Positions 26,204 to 36,207 are shown, counted from the whole stretch's first letter. The stretch: 60,396 nucleotides of DNA, filler included, from Nitrospirae bacterium CG2_30_53_67 (GCA_001873285.1; 5 parts of 5 records of this genome joined end to end with filler, not necessarily neighbours in it); one strand, 5' to 3'. The notes: generated by a model not told the origin, from the sequence alone. Program-made: numbers and translations.

Positions 26204-27972
26204 GAGACTGTGTCACAATTCAAGGAGGTCAGGGGGACGAGGCAGGCTTCTTGTGGCCACAGCCAGGTTATTTTTTCAAGAGGGAGGTTTCGATTTTTCA
26301 AGACGGCATCGGATCGATTTGGTATAATCTTCTCCTAAGAAAGGAGAGCGCTATGGCCTATCGATACGGAGAAGACGTGCATCAAGCGGTACTTTTCCCC
26401 CAGACCCTGGACGAATATGTTTCTCTCGATCATCCAGTTCGAGCCTACGACGCCTTTGTCGATGCCCTGGATTTTAGCAAGTTGGGGATCACGTTGAACG
26501 ACCATCAAGTGGGGAATTCCGAGTATGACCCCCGGCGCATGTTGAAACTTCTGATCTTTGGATATTCGTATGGGGTGAAGAGTTCCCGGAAGCTGGAGCG
26601 GGAGACGTATAATAACGTGGCCTTTATGTGGCTGATGCGGAGGCTGACGCCGGATCACAAGACCATCTCCGAGTTTCGTCGGGAGCACAAGGATGGGCTC
26701 AAGAAGGCCTTAAGACTTTGTGCGAGACTCTGCATGAGGCTGAATCTGATTGAGGGGAATGTGCTCTTTGTGGATGGGACGAAGATTCGGGCGAATGCGG
26801 GGCGCGGGCAGAACCATACGGAGGCTTGGTACCGCAAGAGACTCAAGCATCTGGACGATCGGATTGATCAGTTGCTTCGGGAATGTGAGGATCTCGATGA
26901 TCAGGAGGGAGATCTGGGGTCCTTGGTGAAGATGGACAAGGATCTCACCCATGCGGAAAGCTTGAAGAAGCGGGTGGAAGGAGTGCTTGAGGAATTTCGG
27001 GAGCATGGCACAAAGACCCGGAATGGAAAGGAACGGACCATCAATTTGACCGATCCGGAGAGCGCCCTGATGAAGAGCGTGCAAGGGTCACACGCCAGTT
27101 ATAATGTACAGAGTGTGGTTGACGACCGACACGGTTTGATCGTTTCGGTGGATGCGGTTCGTGAGGGAAGCGATGTCAACCAATTTTGTAAGCAGATCGT
27201 TCAGGCGGAAGCGGTTTTGGGGAAGACCTGTGATGTGGCTTGTGCGGATGCGGGTTATGCCGACACGGAGGAACTTTCGATTATCGATCAGCGAGGCACG
27301 AAAGTGATCGTGCCCTCCCAACGCCAGGCCTTGCACGAGGAGGAAAACTCATGGAGCAAAAGGGTCTTTACCTATGATCAGGAAGGCAATTGTTACACCT
27401 GTCCGGAGGGGCACAAACTGTCCTATGAAGGAAAAGATGCCCACGGGAAGAAGCTTCTCTATCGTATTGTGGATGCCGCCCTTTGCCTATCCTGTCGGAA
27501 CTTCGGAGTCTGCACGAAAGCCAAGAAGGGCCGAAAGATTGTCCGGTTAGCCAACGAGGAGATCAAGGAGAAACTGGAACGGCAATATGAGCAGCCCGAA
27601 TCCCAGGAGATTTACGCCCGCCGCAAGGCCTGCGCCGAGCATCCCTTTGGCCACGTCAAGCGGAATCTGGGGATCACGGGCTTCCTGCTTCGCGGCCTGA
27701 AAGGAGCGGGCGCTGAGATTTCGATTGCGGCCGTTTGTTTCAATGTCGCCCGGATGATCACAATCCTGGGAGGTGTTCCGGCGATGATCGCCAAACTTGC
27801 CACGGTGGGGGTGTAATCCCCCCGATGTTTTTACCAACCTGCTGACGGGGGGCAAAAGAGGGCGAGAAACAGCCTGGAATCCGGACGAGGATGCGGGCTT
27901 TGGTCCTTCTCTCCATTTTGATGTGACAAGATGCAGTACTACCGCTCCCCGCAGGGATTATGACACAGTCTC
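26204..27972 (+). mobile_element. IS1182-family insertion sequence
   Basis: 16-bp TIRs GAGACTGTGTCACAAT and ATTATGACACAGTCTC (15/16 match); TAA on both sides; intact transposase. Confidence 0.92.
26353..27816 (+). CDS. IS1182-family DDE transposase
   Basis: YDPRRMLKLLIFGY..SSRKLE, PDHKTISEFR, VDGTKIRANA, TDPES, ADAGY, EHPFGHVK. Confidence 0.94.
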   Translation: MAYRYGEDVHQAVLFPQTLDEYVSLDHPVRAYDAFVDALDFSKLGITLNDHQVGNSEYDPRRMLKLLIFGYSYGVKSSRKLERETYNNVAFMWLMRRLTPDHKTISEFRREHKDGLKKALRLCARLCMRLNLIEGNVLFVDGTKIRANAGRGQNHTEAWYRKRLKHLDDRIDQLLRECEDLDDQEGDLGSLVKMDKDLTHAESLKKRVEGVLEEFREHGTKTRNGKERTINLTDPESALMKSVQGSHASYNVQSVVDDRHGLIVSVDAVREGSDVNQFCKQIVQAEAVLGKTCDVACADAGYADTEELSIIDQRGTKVIVPSQRQALHEEENSWSKRVFTYDQEGNCYTCPEGHKLSYEGKDAHGKKLLYRIVDAALCLSCRNFGVCTKAKKGRKIVRLANEEIKEKLERQYEQPESQEIYARRKACAEHPFGHVKRNLGITGFLLRGLKGAGAEISIAAVCFNVARMITILGGVPAMIAKLATVGV

Positions 27973-28175
27973 TAATGGGAGAGGGCAAGGGTGAGGGTGG
28001 AAAATGATGTGAATTCAGCCTGTTATACCCCCTCCCCTTCATCCCCTCCCACCAGGGGAGGGGAAATAAGACTTTTTAGGAGACCATCAGTATTAATCAG
28101 GTCTCATTTTTTTTATGAGGTTCCATTCTTTCTGTACGCTCATTTCCTCAACTCACACAGGGTTTCTCCACAAAG

Positions 28176-29123
28176 ATGAACGAAAAATTTAAAAGACCGT
28201 TACGGATCATCTTTATGGGAACATCCTCCTTTGCTGTCCTGCCGCTGAGTGTTCTTTGTGAAACCGAGGACGTGGTCCTGGCGGTCACCCAGCCGGACAG
28301 AAAGGCCGGGCGCGGATTAATGTTTACGGCATCGCCTGTCAAGGAGGAATCAATCCATTATGGTATCCGCTGCATACAGCCGGAAAAAATCAATGATCCC
28401 GGTCTGGTTCATACCCTCAAAAAGGCGTCATGCGACCTGATTGTGGTTGCCGCTTACGGCCGGATCCTGCCTCCGGAGATTTTGGAAATCCCTCCCCTCG
28501 GGTGCATCAATATCCATGCCTCGCTCCTCCCAAAGTACCGGGGCGCATCTCCCATCACCACGGCCATTGTTCTCGGGGAGAAGGTGACAGGGGTCACCAC
28601 CATGATGATGGATCAGGGCATGGATACCGGAGACGTCCTGATGCAGATGAGCCTTCAGATACAGGATCCGGAAACGGCTGAAGAGCTCTCGGAGAGGCTG
28701 TCGGCCCTGGGTTCCCGGGCCATTCTCAAGACATTGAAGGCCTTGAAAGACGGGAAACTGGAAAGGACCTCTCAGTCCGAAGCCGATGCCACCTATACCC
28801 CCCTCTTAAACAAGAAACACGGAGAGATCAATTGGAATCAGGGGCCGGTCCGGATTAGAAATCATGTGCGGGGCATGAATCCATGGCCCGGCGCTTACAC
28901 CCTTTTTCATGGCAAAAGCCTCAAGATCTGGCGTGTCACGCCTTACGCAGAAAAGGCCGATCCCGGCAGGGTTCTGCACGCAAAAGAGAGACTGATCATT
29001 GCGGCAAAAGACGGTTCCGTGATGATTGATGAGCTTCAGCTTCCTGGAAAGAAGCGAGTCAGCGGCCCGGAGTTTCTTCGAGGCCATCATGAACTCCGGG
29101 AGGGGATGATCCTTGGGAGATAG
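28176..29123 (+). CDS. fmt: Methionyl-tRNA formyltransferase
   Basis: IIFMGT, VTQPDRKAGRG, INIHASLLPKYRGASPI, MDTGD, PWPGA. Confidence 0.96.
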   Translation: MNEKFKRPLRIIFMGTSSFAVLPLSVLCETEDVVLAVTQPDRKAGRGLMFTASPVKEESIHYGIRCIQPEKINDPGLVHTLKKASCDLIVVAAYGRILPPEILEIPPLGCINIHASLLPKYRGASPITTAIVLGEKVTGVTTMMMDQGMDTGDVLMQMSLQIQDPETAEELSERLSALGSRAILKTLKALKDGKLERTSQSEADATYTPLLNKKHGEINWNQGPVRIRNHVRGMNPWPGAYTLFHGKSLKIWRVTPYAEKADPGRVLHAKERLIIAAKDGSVMIDELQLPGKKRVSGPEFLRGHHELREGMILGR

Positions 29124-29952
29124 TTTGGACGTTAAAACAGACCGCCCGAAAAAGAGGGTTTTTATTGCCCTCATGGTTGCTGCAGCGGCAGCGCTCTTCA
29201 TCTTGGGCGGCCTTTTTGCCTGGGTGATCCGGGGGGTGGGGTTGAGCAACGCCATGATGGCCCTGCTCATGTCCTTCATGATCCTGTCCATGGCCCTTCT
29301 CCTGCTCTTTTCCGCAGGCGCTCTTCTCCTGGTGCTGACCCTGTACAAGGGGAGAGAGGCCTTTTTCCTCTGGCGAATGCGCGGACTGATCGTCAAGGTC
29401 ATCTATCCCCTGACCCTTTTTCTCGGATCCCTATTAAGGATCTCCAGGGAAAAAATTCAGGAGTCCTTTGTCGAGGTGAACAATCAGTTGGTCCGCTCGC
29501 GGAAGATCAAAGTCAAACACGATCGCCTGCTCCTGTTGATGCCGCATTGCATCCAGTACAACGAATGCCGAACCAGGGTGACCGGGGATATCCGCAATTG
29601 TGAACGCTGCGGCCGGTGCAAGATCCCCGACCTGATCAAACTCAGCGAGCAGTACGGCCTGGATATCTATGTGGCCACGGGGGGGACCCTCGCCCGGCGG
29701 CTGATTGAGGAGAAGAAACCCCAGGCCGTGGTTGCCGTGGCCTGCAGGAGGGACCTGACCAGCGGGATCGCCGATTCCTACCCCCTGCCGGTGATCGGGA
29801 TCCTGAATGAAAGGCCCTACGGCCCCTGCATCAATACCGTCTTTGATCTCCAGAAGGTCAAGGATGCCATCCGTTTTTTCGTGGTCCCGGACCCAATCGG
29901 TGAAGAACCGATCGCTGCGGCCTCCACATTGAAACACTCCGGAAGGCCTTGA
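29113..29952 (+). CDS. DUF116 family membrane protein
   Basis: LLLMPHCIQ, CERCGRC, ATGGTLAR, AVACRRDL, GPCINT; usual position after fmt. Confidence 0.88.
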   Translation: MGDSLDVKTDRPKKRVFIALMVAAAAALFILGGLFAWVIRGVGLSNAMMALLMSFMILSMALLLLFSAGALLLVLTLYKGREAFFLWRMRGLIVKVIYPLTLFLGSLLRISREKIQESFVEVNNQLVRSRKIKVKHDRLLLLMPHCIQYNECRTRVTGDIRNCERCGRCKIPDLIKLSEQYGLDIYVATGGTLARRLIEEKKPQAVVAVACRRDLTSGIADSYPLPVIGILNERPYGPCINTVFDLQKVKDAIRFFVVPDPIGEEPIAAASTLKHSGRP

Positions 29953-29984
29953 CCTGAGGAAAAGATGGATTATAATGTTTAAAA

Positions 29985-30106
29985 ATCATCTCCAAGAGAA
30001 TTAATTAAGAGATAAGGGGTCAAGGGTCCAAGGGGTCAAGTGTTTTTCTCTGGAGATTTTGCTTGCGTTTAAGTATTTCACTTGAACCCTCAAACCCTTT
30101 TACTCA
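29985..30106. repeat. Short degenerate copy D of the GGGGTCAA-array element
   Basis: ATCATCTCCAAGAG...GGGGTCAAGGGTCCAAGGGGTCAAGTG TTTTTCTCTGGAGATTTTGCTTGCGTTTAAGTATTTCACTTGAACCCT. Confidence 0.75.
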
Positions 30107-30126
30107 ATGCATAAGGAGTCATCATC

Positions 30127-30251
30127 ATGAATGTTTTTCGCACTACATTGCTCATGACGGCCCTGACTGTTCTCCTGGTCCTGGCCGGGAACGCCATGGC
30201 CGGTCCCTCCGGCATGAAGATCGCCTTGATCTTTGCGCTGGTCATGAATTT
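30127..30251 (+). CDS. htpX: Zinc metalloprotease HtpX, N-terminus only (cut by contig end)
   Basis: AGGAG RBS; MNVFRTTLLMTALTVLLVLAGNAMAGPSGMKIALIFALVMN; not in the ORF track. Confidence 0.75.
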
Positions 30252-30351
30252 NNNNNNNNNNNNNNNNNNNNNNNNNNNNNNNNNNNNNNNNNNNNTTAAT
30301 TAATTAANNNNNNNNNNNNNNNNNNNNNNNNNNNNNNNNNNNNNNNNNNNN
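30252..30351. other. Artificial contig spacer
   Basis: N-run with TTAATTAATTAA. Confidence 0.97.
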
Positions 30352-31128
30352 ACCCCCGGGCCATCTCCCACCTCGAAATTCGAGCCGTGCCACGTCATCT
30401 TTGCGCAGGCTTTTAAGAAGAAGCAAGTCAGGGATCACCTCAGGGTCCAAATTGGCATGACAGAAGAGCCCGATAATAAGAACGACCCGGTCCAGAAGGC
30501 GCCGTTCAATGTCCTGCCAGCGGTAAAGGCTATGAATCTGGCATGGCAGTCCCACAACGGCATAACGTCCAGGCGTCCGGATCATCTCAGCATAGACGTG
30601 CGCCACCGGGAAGAGAGAATATTTGGATTGGGAGCAACCCAACACTTCAGATCGGCGCCTCGAGATCCGGGCCAGAGGCTGAAGAGGATCCTCTTGAGAA
30701 TATCCGACCAGGACAGCCCCATCAATTTCCCCACGGTCCAACAGAGAGATGACTATTTGACTCGCGAGGCCCCCGCTGGATCCCGCGGCCCGGACCTTGG
30801 GATCCGTGGAATACGCCGCGGCGGAGTACAGGAGAGGCCCTATCGCATCCTCCGTGAGTGTTTGAGGCGCTCCATACTGCCGCTCAGCATACCGTGGAAA
30901 ATCCACCTCCATTCCCCCGCAGACCGATAGACATAGATGGCAGTGTTTGCACCGATGGGTCGCATGGGGGAAAAAACCATGGTCCCATGTGATGGCCCCT
31001 TGCGGACAGGCGCCATGGCAGGCCCCGCAACGGGTGCACAGATCCGATGCGACCACGTCATCGATGTTGGACGGAGAGTGTGACGGATCTGTTTTCGAGT
31101 TAGCTTGCCTTGGCCGGGACATAACCAC
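30352..31128 (-). CDS. FrhB/FdhB (F420 hydrogenase beta)-family protein with ferredoxin N-terminus, 3' truncated
   Basis: CTRCGACHGAC, CKHCHLCLSVC, GSSGG, QSKY, VGLPCQ, IGLFC, FRGGRWPG. Confidence 0.88.
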
Positions 31129-33259
31129 GCTCCATCAGGAGGCCGACGCCCTTGGCGGCTTCCTCCCTCATCCTCCTGACATTTGACTTTAATACATCTC
31201 GTGCGGATATGGCCGAATCAATGAGGCGCGCCAGACGATCCCCTGCATCGATTCCGACAAAATCATCTCTATCCATCACCAGGTGCGGAAGCTCCAAGGA
31301 ATTCAATAGCGGAGCAATCTTTTCACCGCAGTTGATCCCAATCAAAGGGACGCCTGAAGCGGCGCACATGACCAACTCATGGTACCGTGTGCCGATAAAG
31401 CAGCTCAGTCGGGAGGCAAGGCCCGCAATATCCCGGGCCAAAAATTCCTCATAGTTGACGATCGTGATCTGATCCGCCGTGCCGAGTTCCCGAGCTACAG
31501 CCTTTGTAACGGCTCTGTCCTTGTCGTGGGTGACAAAGAAAACCAGATCCCCAAATTCACCCGAAGAAAGACCTCTGAAAGTCTCCGCGACCCCTTTGAT
31601 ATATTCACTCTTCGAAAGAGCCTTTTCGACCCCGCCGTGTATAGGTTGGAGCAGGTGGTGGGAAAGATTCACCCCCAGCAAGGGACTGCCCGACGAAAAC
31701 CTGTGCCACAAGGACCGATGATTCAAGGTCTTCTCGGTCAGGCCATCCACGGAAACCCGAAAAGCAGAGTCCGCCGTCACGATTGACTTCACCCCAGGTG
31801 CGATTTGATCCAGAAACGCCTTTGATTGTTCATCCCGAAGCGTGATCAGATTCATGCGCTCAGCAAGTCGGCGGATGCACCACCGGCCCAGGGCCGTCTG
31901 AACAGGTCCCACGGCGGAATTATAATAGACCAGAGGTTTGGCATGGCCCCTGGCGTAGGCGGTGATCACCAAAAGGGCCAGCAGGTTGTTCTTGAAAAGA
32001 TTCAACAGCCCGGTGTCGTAGAAGAGGTTGTCCGTCAGGAGGATGCAATGAGTCTTCTTCAGCGCCCTCCATATGGGGAGGCCCAGAAACTTCAGACTCA
32101 TGTGCCAAGGGGCGATTCCGATGACCTCGACGTTTTCCTTGGGGCCCAGGAGTCTCCGAAGGAGACCCGGTTTTATGGAGGGTACCAGGAGCCGGCATGG
32201 ACCGGCAGATTGCAATTCGTCTATCAGAGCCGAAAGGAGCGCATTATGCCCTGCGTTATTGCCGGAATAGTCCCCCAGCAAGAGAATATTCGGCCGTGCT
32301 GCGGGCGACGTAGCCCTTTCTTTATGCAATAGAAAAATCAGGCCCCCAAGAATGCCCGTAAAAAGAATTCTCGCACGCAGCAGAAGGGCAATGGAGAAGG
32401 CTTCCACGCTTGAAAGACCAAAGAGAGTAAGGAAAAAGACATAGCTCCCTTCATTGAGACCGAGTCCGCCGATGGAGATCGGCAAGAGTCCGACGAACAG
32501 GACGAGTGGAACGACCACCAAAACCGTCGCCGCATCCAGGTGGATACCCAAGCTTCTCCCGGCTGTGTACACGGTGCACATCGAGAGCAGGTAGAACCCT
32601 ATGGACATGCAGTAGGCGCCAATAACCGGTCCCTTCTTCTTTTTGTATTCGAAGAGCTTCCTTTGCGCGCTCGAAACCCAAGACAGGAGGTTATCAACCG
32701 TTCTGAGCCGCCGGAAAGGCTTCAAAAGCACGAGATATTTTTCCTGAAAGACGAGAACGAGTGATAAGGCATAGATGACCACCGCCATGGCGACGAGTCG
32801 CGGGATCACCGGGAAAATAGCAGTTACCCGGCCATGCAGCAGGATGAGAGAAACAAAGGTAACCAGGGCCGCCAGGCCTAAAAACCGTTCCGCGAAGGTT
32901 GCCGCGACCACGCCGGAGGTTTCGCTCCTGTTCCGAGACAGTTGAAGAACTCTGACAATGTCACCACCGATCATGGAGGGGAGAAAATTGGAAAAAAAAG
33001 TTCCAATAAAATAGACGGCTACAAGTCGTCCCAGGTCCGCTGAGATATTGAGGGCCTTCAGCAGCCGCTGCCACTTCCAGGCGCTCAGGAGAATATTCAG
33101 ATGCGGAATAATCAGCATCAGACCAAGCCAGTAGAGGTCCACGGACTGGAAGCGCGAAATCAGCCCGGCCCAATCCACCTCGAGAAACAGAAAGCCGATC
33201 AGTCCGAGACTGACGGCAAGTCTGATGACGAGTACAGCCTTTGATTTCGCAGAGCTCAT
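31100..33259 (-). CDS. Fusion of UPF0104 flippase-like TM domain and polysaccharide pyruvyl transferase
   Basis: N-half FFSNFLPSMIGGD..R, ERFLG, PISIGGLG; C-half NNAGH, VGP, ITLRDEQS, TADSAF, GTRYH. Confidence 0.8.
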   Translation of the reverse strand: MSSAKSKAVLVIRLAVSLGLIGFLFLEVDWAGLISRFQSVDLYWLGLMLIIPHLNILLSAWKWQRLLKALNISADLGRLVAVYFIGTFFSNFLPSMIGGDIVRVLQLSRNRSETSGVVAATFAERFLGLAALVTFVSLILLHGRVTAIFPVIPRLVAMAVVIYALSLVLVFQEKYLVLLKPFRRLRTVDNLLSWVSSAQRKLFEYKKKKGPVIGAYCMSIGFYLLSMCTVYTAGRSLGIHLDAATVLVVVPLVLFVGLLPISIGGLGLNEGSYVFFLTLFGLSSVEAFSIALLLRARILFTGILGGLIFLLHKERATSPAARPNILLLGDYSGNNAGHNALLSALIDELQSAGPCRLLVPSIKPGLLRRLLGPKENVEVIGIAPWHMSLKFLGLPIWRALKKTHCILLTDNLFYDTGLLNLFKNNLLALLVITAYARGHAKPLVYYNSAVGPVQTALGRWCIRRLAERMNLITLRDEQSKAFLDQIAPGVKSIVTADSAFRVSVDGLTEKTLNHRSLWHRFSSGSPLLGVNLSHHLLQPIHGGVEKALSKSEYIKGVAETFRGLSSGEFGDLVFFVTHDKDRAVTKAVARELGTADQITIVNYEEFLARDIAGLASRLSCFIGTRYHELVMCAASGVPLIGINCGEKIAPLLNSLELPHLVMDRDDFVGIDAGDRLARLIDSAISARDVLKSNVRRMREEAAKGVGLLMERGYVPAKAS

Positions 33260-33996
33260 GTTTTCAGCAAATTGAATAGAGTGTAGTGGGGCATTCCCAA
33301 ATATTTTTTCACTTGGACCATATCCGTGCATTCAAACGATGTTGGATCAATGAGCCGGAGAACCGCTCGGTAATGGTGTGGATACAGGGGGCCCGGCGAG
33401 CTGAAGGGGAGCGGAATCCATGGATAGAGGCGACTTCGGATCCAGGTCAGAAGGTCCAGCCGCAATGAGGTGAGGACGATATTCCCTCCCGGTTTGATGA
33501 TCCTCGTCATTTCCTCCAGAAAAACCGGAAGCTGCTCTTGTGGATAGAAATTCACCATGCCCACGCAAATCGCGGCATCAAAGACTTTATCCCTGAACGG
33601 TAGGCTCTTTGCGCTTCCATTGACCCATGCCATCTTTTCGTCGGCACGGCTGTGGGCGCCCGTGGGATGCCTGCCAAAGCTCAGCATTTTGAAGGAAAGA
33701 TCGAGACCCACCCAGTCCGCGCCACGGGAGACGATTTCGTTGCTGAACGCTCCGCTGCCGCACCCGATATCAAGAATCTTCATCGAAGGGCGGGGGTTCA
33801 AGAGCTTTAGGCATAGGGCCATTCTATTCCGGGTCCTCTTTGCCGCGTGTTTCTGAAAAATGGCATAGCGTGCCCTGCGTCCTGTGGGCGAGCCCGATCC
33901 ATAGAGACTGTTCCAGCTCTCAACTTCGTGCTCGAAGCCCTTTTTCAAAGATGTATTGGGGTTCAAATCCGTCCAGCCTCCCCGCTGCAGGCGCAC
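33256..33996 (-). CDS. Class I SAM-dependent methyltransferase
   Basis: ILDIGCGSG, GLDLS, LPFRDKVFD, RIIKPGG. Confidence 0.9.
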   Translation of the reverse strand: MRLQRGGWTDLNPNTSLKKGFEHEVESWNSLYGSGSPTGRRARYAIFQKHAAKRTRNRMALCLKLLNPRPSMKILDIGCGSGAFSNEIVSRGADWVGLDLSFKMLSFGRHPTGAHSRADEKMAWVNGSAKSLPFRDKVFDAAICVGMVNFYPQEQLPVFLEEMTRIIKPGGNIVLTSLRLDLLTWIRSRLYPWIPLPFSSPGPLYPHHYRAVLRLIDPTSFECTDMVQVKKYLGMPHYTLFNLLKT

Positions 33997-35180
33997 AGAT
34001 ATTTCCGTAACAGGTCCGCGGCTCCTTCGGCCTTTTTTTTCTCTCTGGCAATAATAGGCGCTAATCCCTGCTTGATCTTATGCCGGTTATACCATGTGGT
34101 TTGAAGCACCTTATGGACGATCTCCTCGGAGAAATGGTCGAACTCAATCATCCGTTCCTCCTGCTCGATGGAACACATGAATCCCCGGTTCTTGGGGGTG
34201 GCGATAATCCCGACTACCGGGGTCAGGACCGAGGAGGCTAAAATCAGAGAGTGCGTACGCATCCCTATGTGCAGATCAACCTTAGAGAGGACCAGCGCCA
34301 AATCCCGATATGAATACTCCGTGTTACTGATGATCTTGACCCGATGACCATCCCTTGCTCTTGCCAACAACTCTTTGTTAATGGGAATATCCATGGGCTG
34401 AGTTACGACCATCAAGGGATTCACTCCGAATTCGCGGCAAGCACTCTCCAGGACACGCGCCATGATTTCCAGGAACTTGTCCCTCCCGAATCCCTTGCCT
34501 TTATAGCCTCTCATGTAAACATCAATGTAGCTGCTGATATTGAAGCTCATCCAGGGACGGGATCCGGTAAGGATCCCTTCCTTAGTCTGGATTTGGACGA
34601 GGCGGTCTTGGTCACCTGGAATCGTGTTCAGTGCGCAATCAGCCGTTTGGAAAACTCTTTCCGACGGGAATGAAGGCTGGAGCTCCTGCAATAGCGTTCT
34701 GGACTCTCTGTCTCTCAGCAGCACGATCTCCGAGCTATTGAGAACACGATTCAGGCAGGATCTTCCGATTTTCGTATAAACGGGGCCCAGACTCACGTTG
34801 TAGAGGACAACGGGGATGCCTCTTTTTTTCGCCAGGGGAAGCGCCAAGGCAAGGGTGGAAAGATAATTATAGAGAGGGTTCATCAGTTTATAATCGAACA
34901 AGATGGCGTCTGTCACCAGGATAAGATCGGCTGACAGCACCGACCGGAGAAGGGGCCAGCCGAAAATCTTGACACTCAGGTTCCATGGCATCAGACCTAC
35001 CGGAGTCACATTGTATGCAGCATAGGTTTGGGCAACGAACCGGGTATTGATCGTGGGAATCAGGAAGGTACAGCCGCTATAGCGCTTGGACAGGTCATGG
35101 AGAAGGCCGCCCAGAATGGCGGCATCTCCCGCATTTCTCCCTGAAAAATTTCCGATGATACAAATGCGATACATAGTCAT
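33963..35180 (-). CDS. Polysaccharide pyruvyl transferase family protein
   Basis: RNAGDAAI, SLGP, LRDRES, TADCA, GMRTHSLI. Confidence 0.88.
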   Translation of the reverse strand: MTMYRICIIGNFSGRNAGDAAILGGLLHDLSKRYSGCTFLIPTINTRFVAQTYAAYNVTPVGLMPWNLSVKIFGWPLLRSVLSADLILVTDAILFDYKLMNPLYNYLSTLALALPLAKKRGIPVVLYNVSLGPVYTKIGRSCLNRVLNSSEIVLLRDRESRTLLQELQPSFPSERVFQTADCALNTIPGDQDRLVQIQTKEGILTGSRPWMSFNISSYIDVYMRGYKGKGFGRDKFLEIMARVLESACREFGVNPLMVVTQPMDIPINKELLARARDGHRVKIISNTEYSYRDLALVLSKVDLHIGMRTHSLILASSVLTPVVGIIATPKNRGFMCSIEQEERMIEFDHFSEEIVHKVLQTTWYNRHKIKQGLAPIIAREKKKAEGAADLLRKYLCACSGEAGRI

Positions 35181-35183
35181 ATC

Positions 35184-36170
35184 TCAGATGATCAGATTTT
35201 TGGCCCTATACCACTCTACCGTTCGAAGGAGCCCATCATTCAGGGAAACCCTGGGCTCATAACCCAGAATCCGGCGCGCCTTTGAAATGTCAAAGGCCCG
35301 GTCCTTGAGAAAAAAATCGAGCCGCCTCCTGAAAAGCGGAGGCTCGATCCGTAGCGCTCTGCAGATGACTTCACAAGCGACGGCCGCGGCCCAGACCGGA
35401 CCGACAGGGATAGACCGAATATTGACGGACCGGCCCAGCGATTTAGCGATGGCTCGGACCAGTTCTCTCACCGTGCAGAAGGCCGGACCTGCCAGAATGA
35501 ATGCCTCGCCCTCAATGCCTTCTTTCTCTCCGCACATCACGATCCCCTCCACGAGGTCGTCTATGTAGGTGAGATGATAAAGATTCTTCCCTTTGCCGAT
35601 CATGTAAAACGTCCCTTTTGATACGGGTTTGAAAAGCTTGAGAAACCGGGTGTCCCCCGGTCCGAAAATACCCGCCGGTCTGAAGACCACAACCCCCAGC
35701 CCCTTTTTGACATAGCTCAGCGCCAGCTTTTCGCCGTCCAGTTTGCTCTGCTGGTAATGATCCCCTGGGCGGAAAGGAGCAGTCTCATCCGCCGGGGGGT
35801 GTTCGATTTCACCATGCACCCCTACGGTGCTGCAGTGAACAAACCGCCTGACATGATATCTTAATGAGGCATCCAAAAGCTTTCTCGTCCCTTCGACGTT
35901 GACATCCCAGAAATACTTTTTGGCAACGCCTTCAACTCGGAATGCAGCAGCAATGTGATAGACGACGTCCACCCCCCTGGCAGCGGCATCAATTCCGGAG
36001 CCGTTCGCAAGGTCGCCAAAAGCAATCTCACATCCGCTTTTTTCCAAATCCTCGTACCGGCTCCCTTTCCTCACCAATGCCCTCACTTCATAACCTTTTT
36101 CGAGGAGCTTTAAAGACAGGTTTCTCCCTGTAAAGCCTGTTCCGCCGGTGACGAGAATCTTTTCAGACAT
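35184..36170 (-). CDS. NAD-dependent epimerase/dehydratase
   Basis: VTGGTGFTG; YQQSK (YxxxK). Confidence 0.92.
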   Translation of the reverse strand: MSEKILVTGGTGFTGRNLSLKLLEKGYEVRALVRKGSRYEDLEKSGCEIAFGDLANGSGIDAAARGVDVVYHIAAAFRVEGVAKKYFWDVNVEGTRKLLDASLRYHVRRFVHCSTVGVHGEIEHPPADETAPFRPGDHYQQSKLDGEKLALSYVKKGLGVVVFRPAGIFGPGDTRFLKLFKPVSKGTFYMIGKGKNLYHLTYIDDLVEGIVMCGEKEGIEGEAFILAGPAFCTVRELVRAIAKSLGRSVNIRSIPVGPVWAAAVACEVICRALRIEPPLFRRRLDFFLKDRAFDISKARRILGYEPRVSLNDGLLRTVEWYRAKNLII

Positions 36171-36207
36171 AGGTGTAATCACAAGGTTTCAGGTCAGGGG
36201 TGCTGCA

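Larger units (their letters stand above)
26162..28089. repeat. MITE-like element hosting the IS
   Basis: Imperfect terminal inverted repeats TGACGGCTTCGTAAAAAGTC (26162-26181) and GACTTTTTAGGAGACCATCA (28070-28089); internal CCCTCTCCC/GGGAGAGGG hairpins. Confidence 0.65.

Noticed and set aside
30352..31128. FrhB-like gene as evidence of F420 hydrogenase or methanogen-like metabolism
   Set aside because: No hydrogenase subunits are adjacent; this family recurs in polysaccharide loci.
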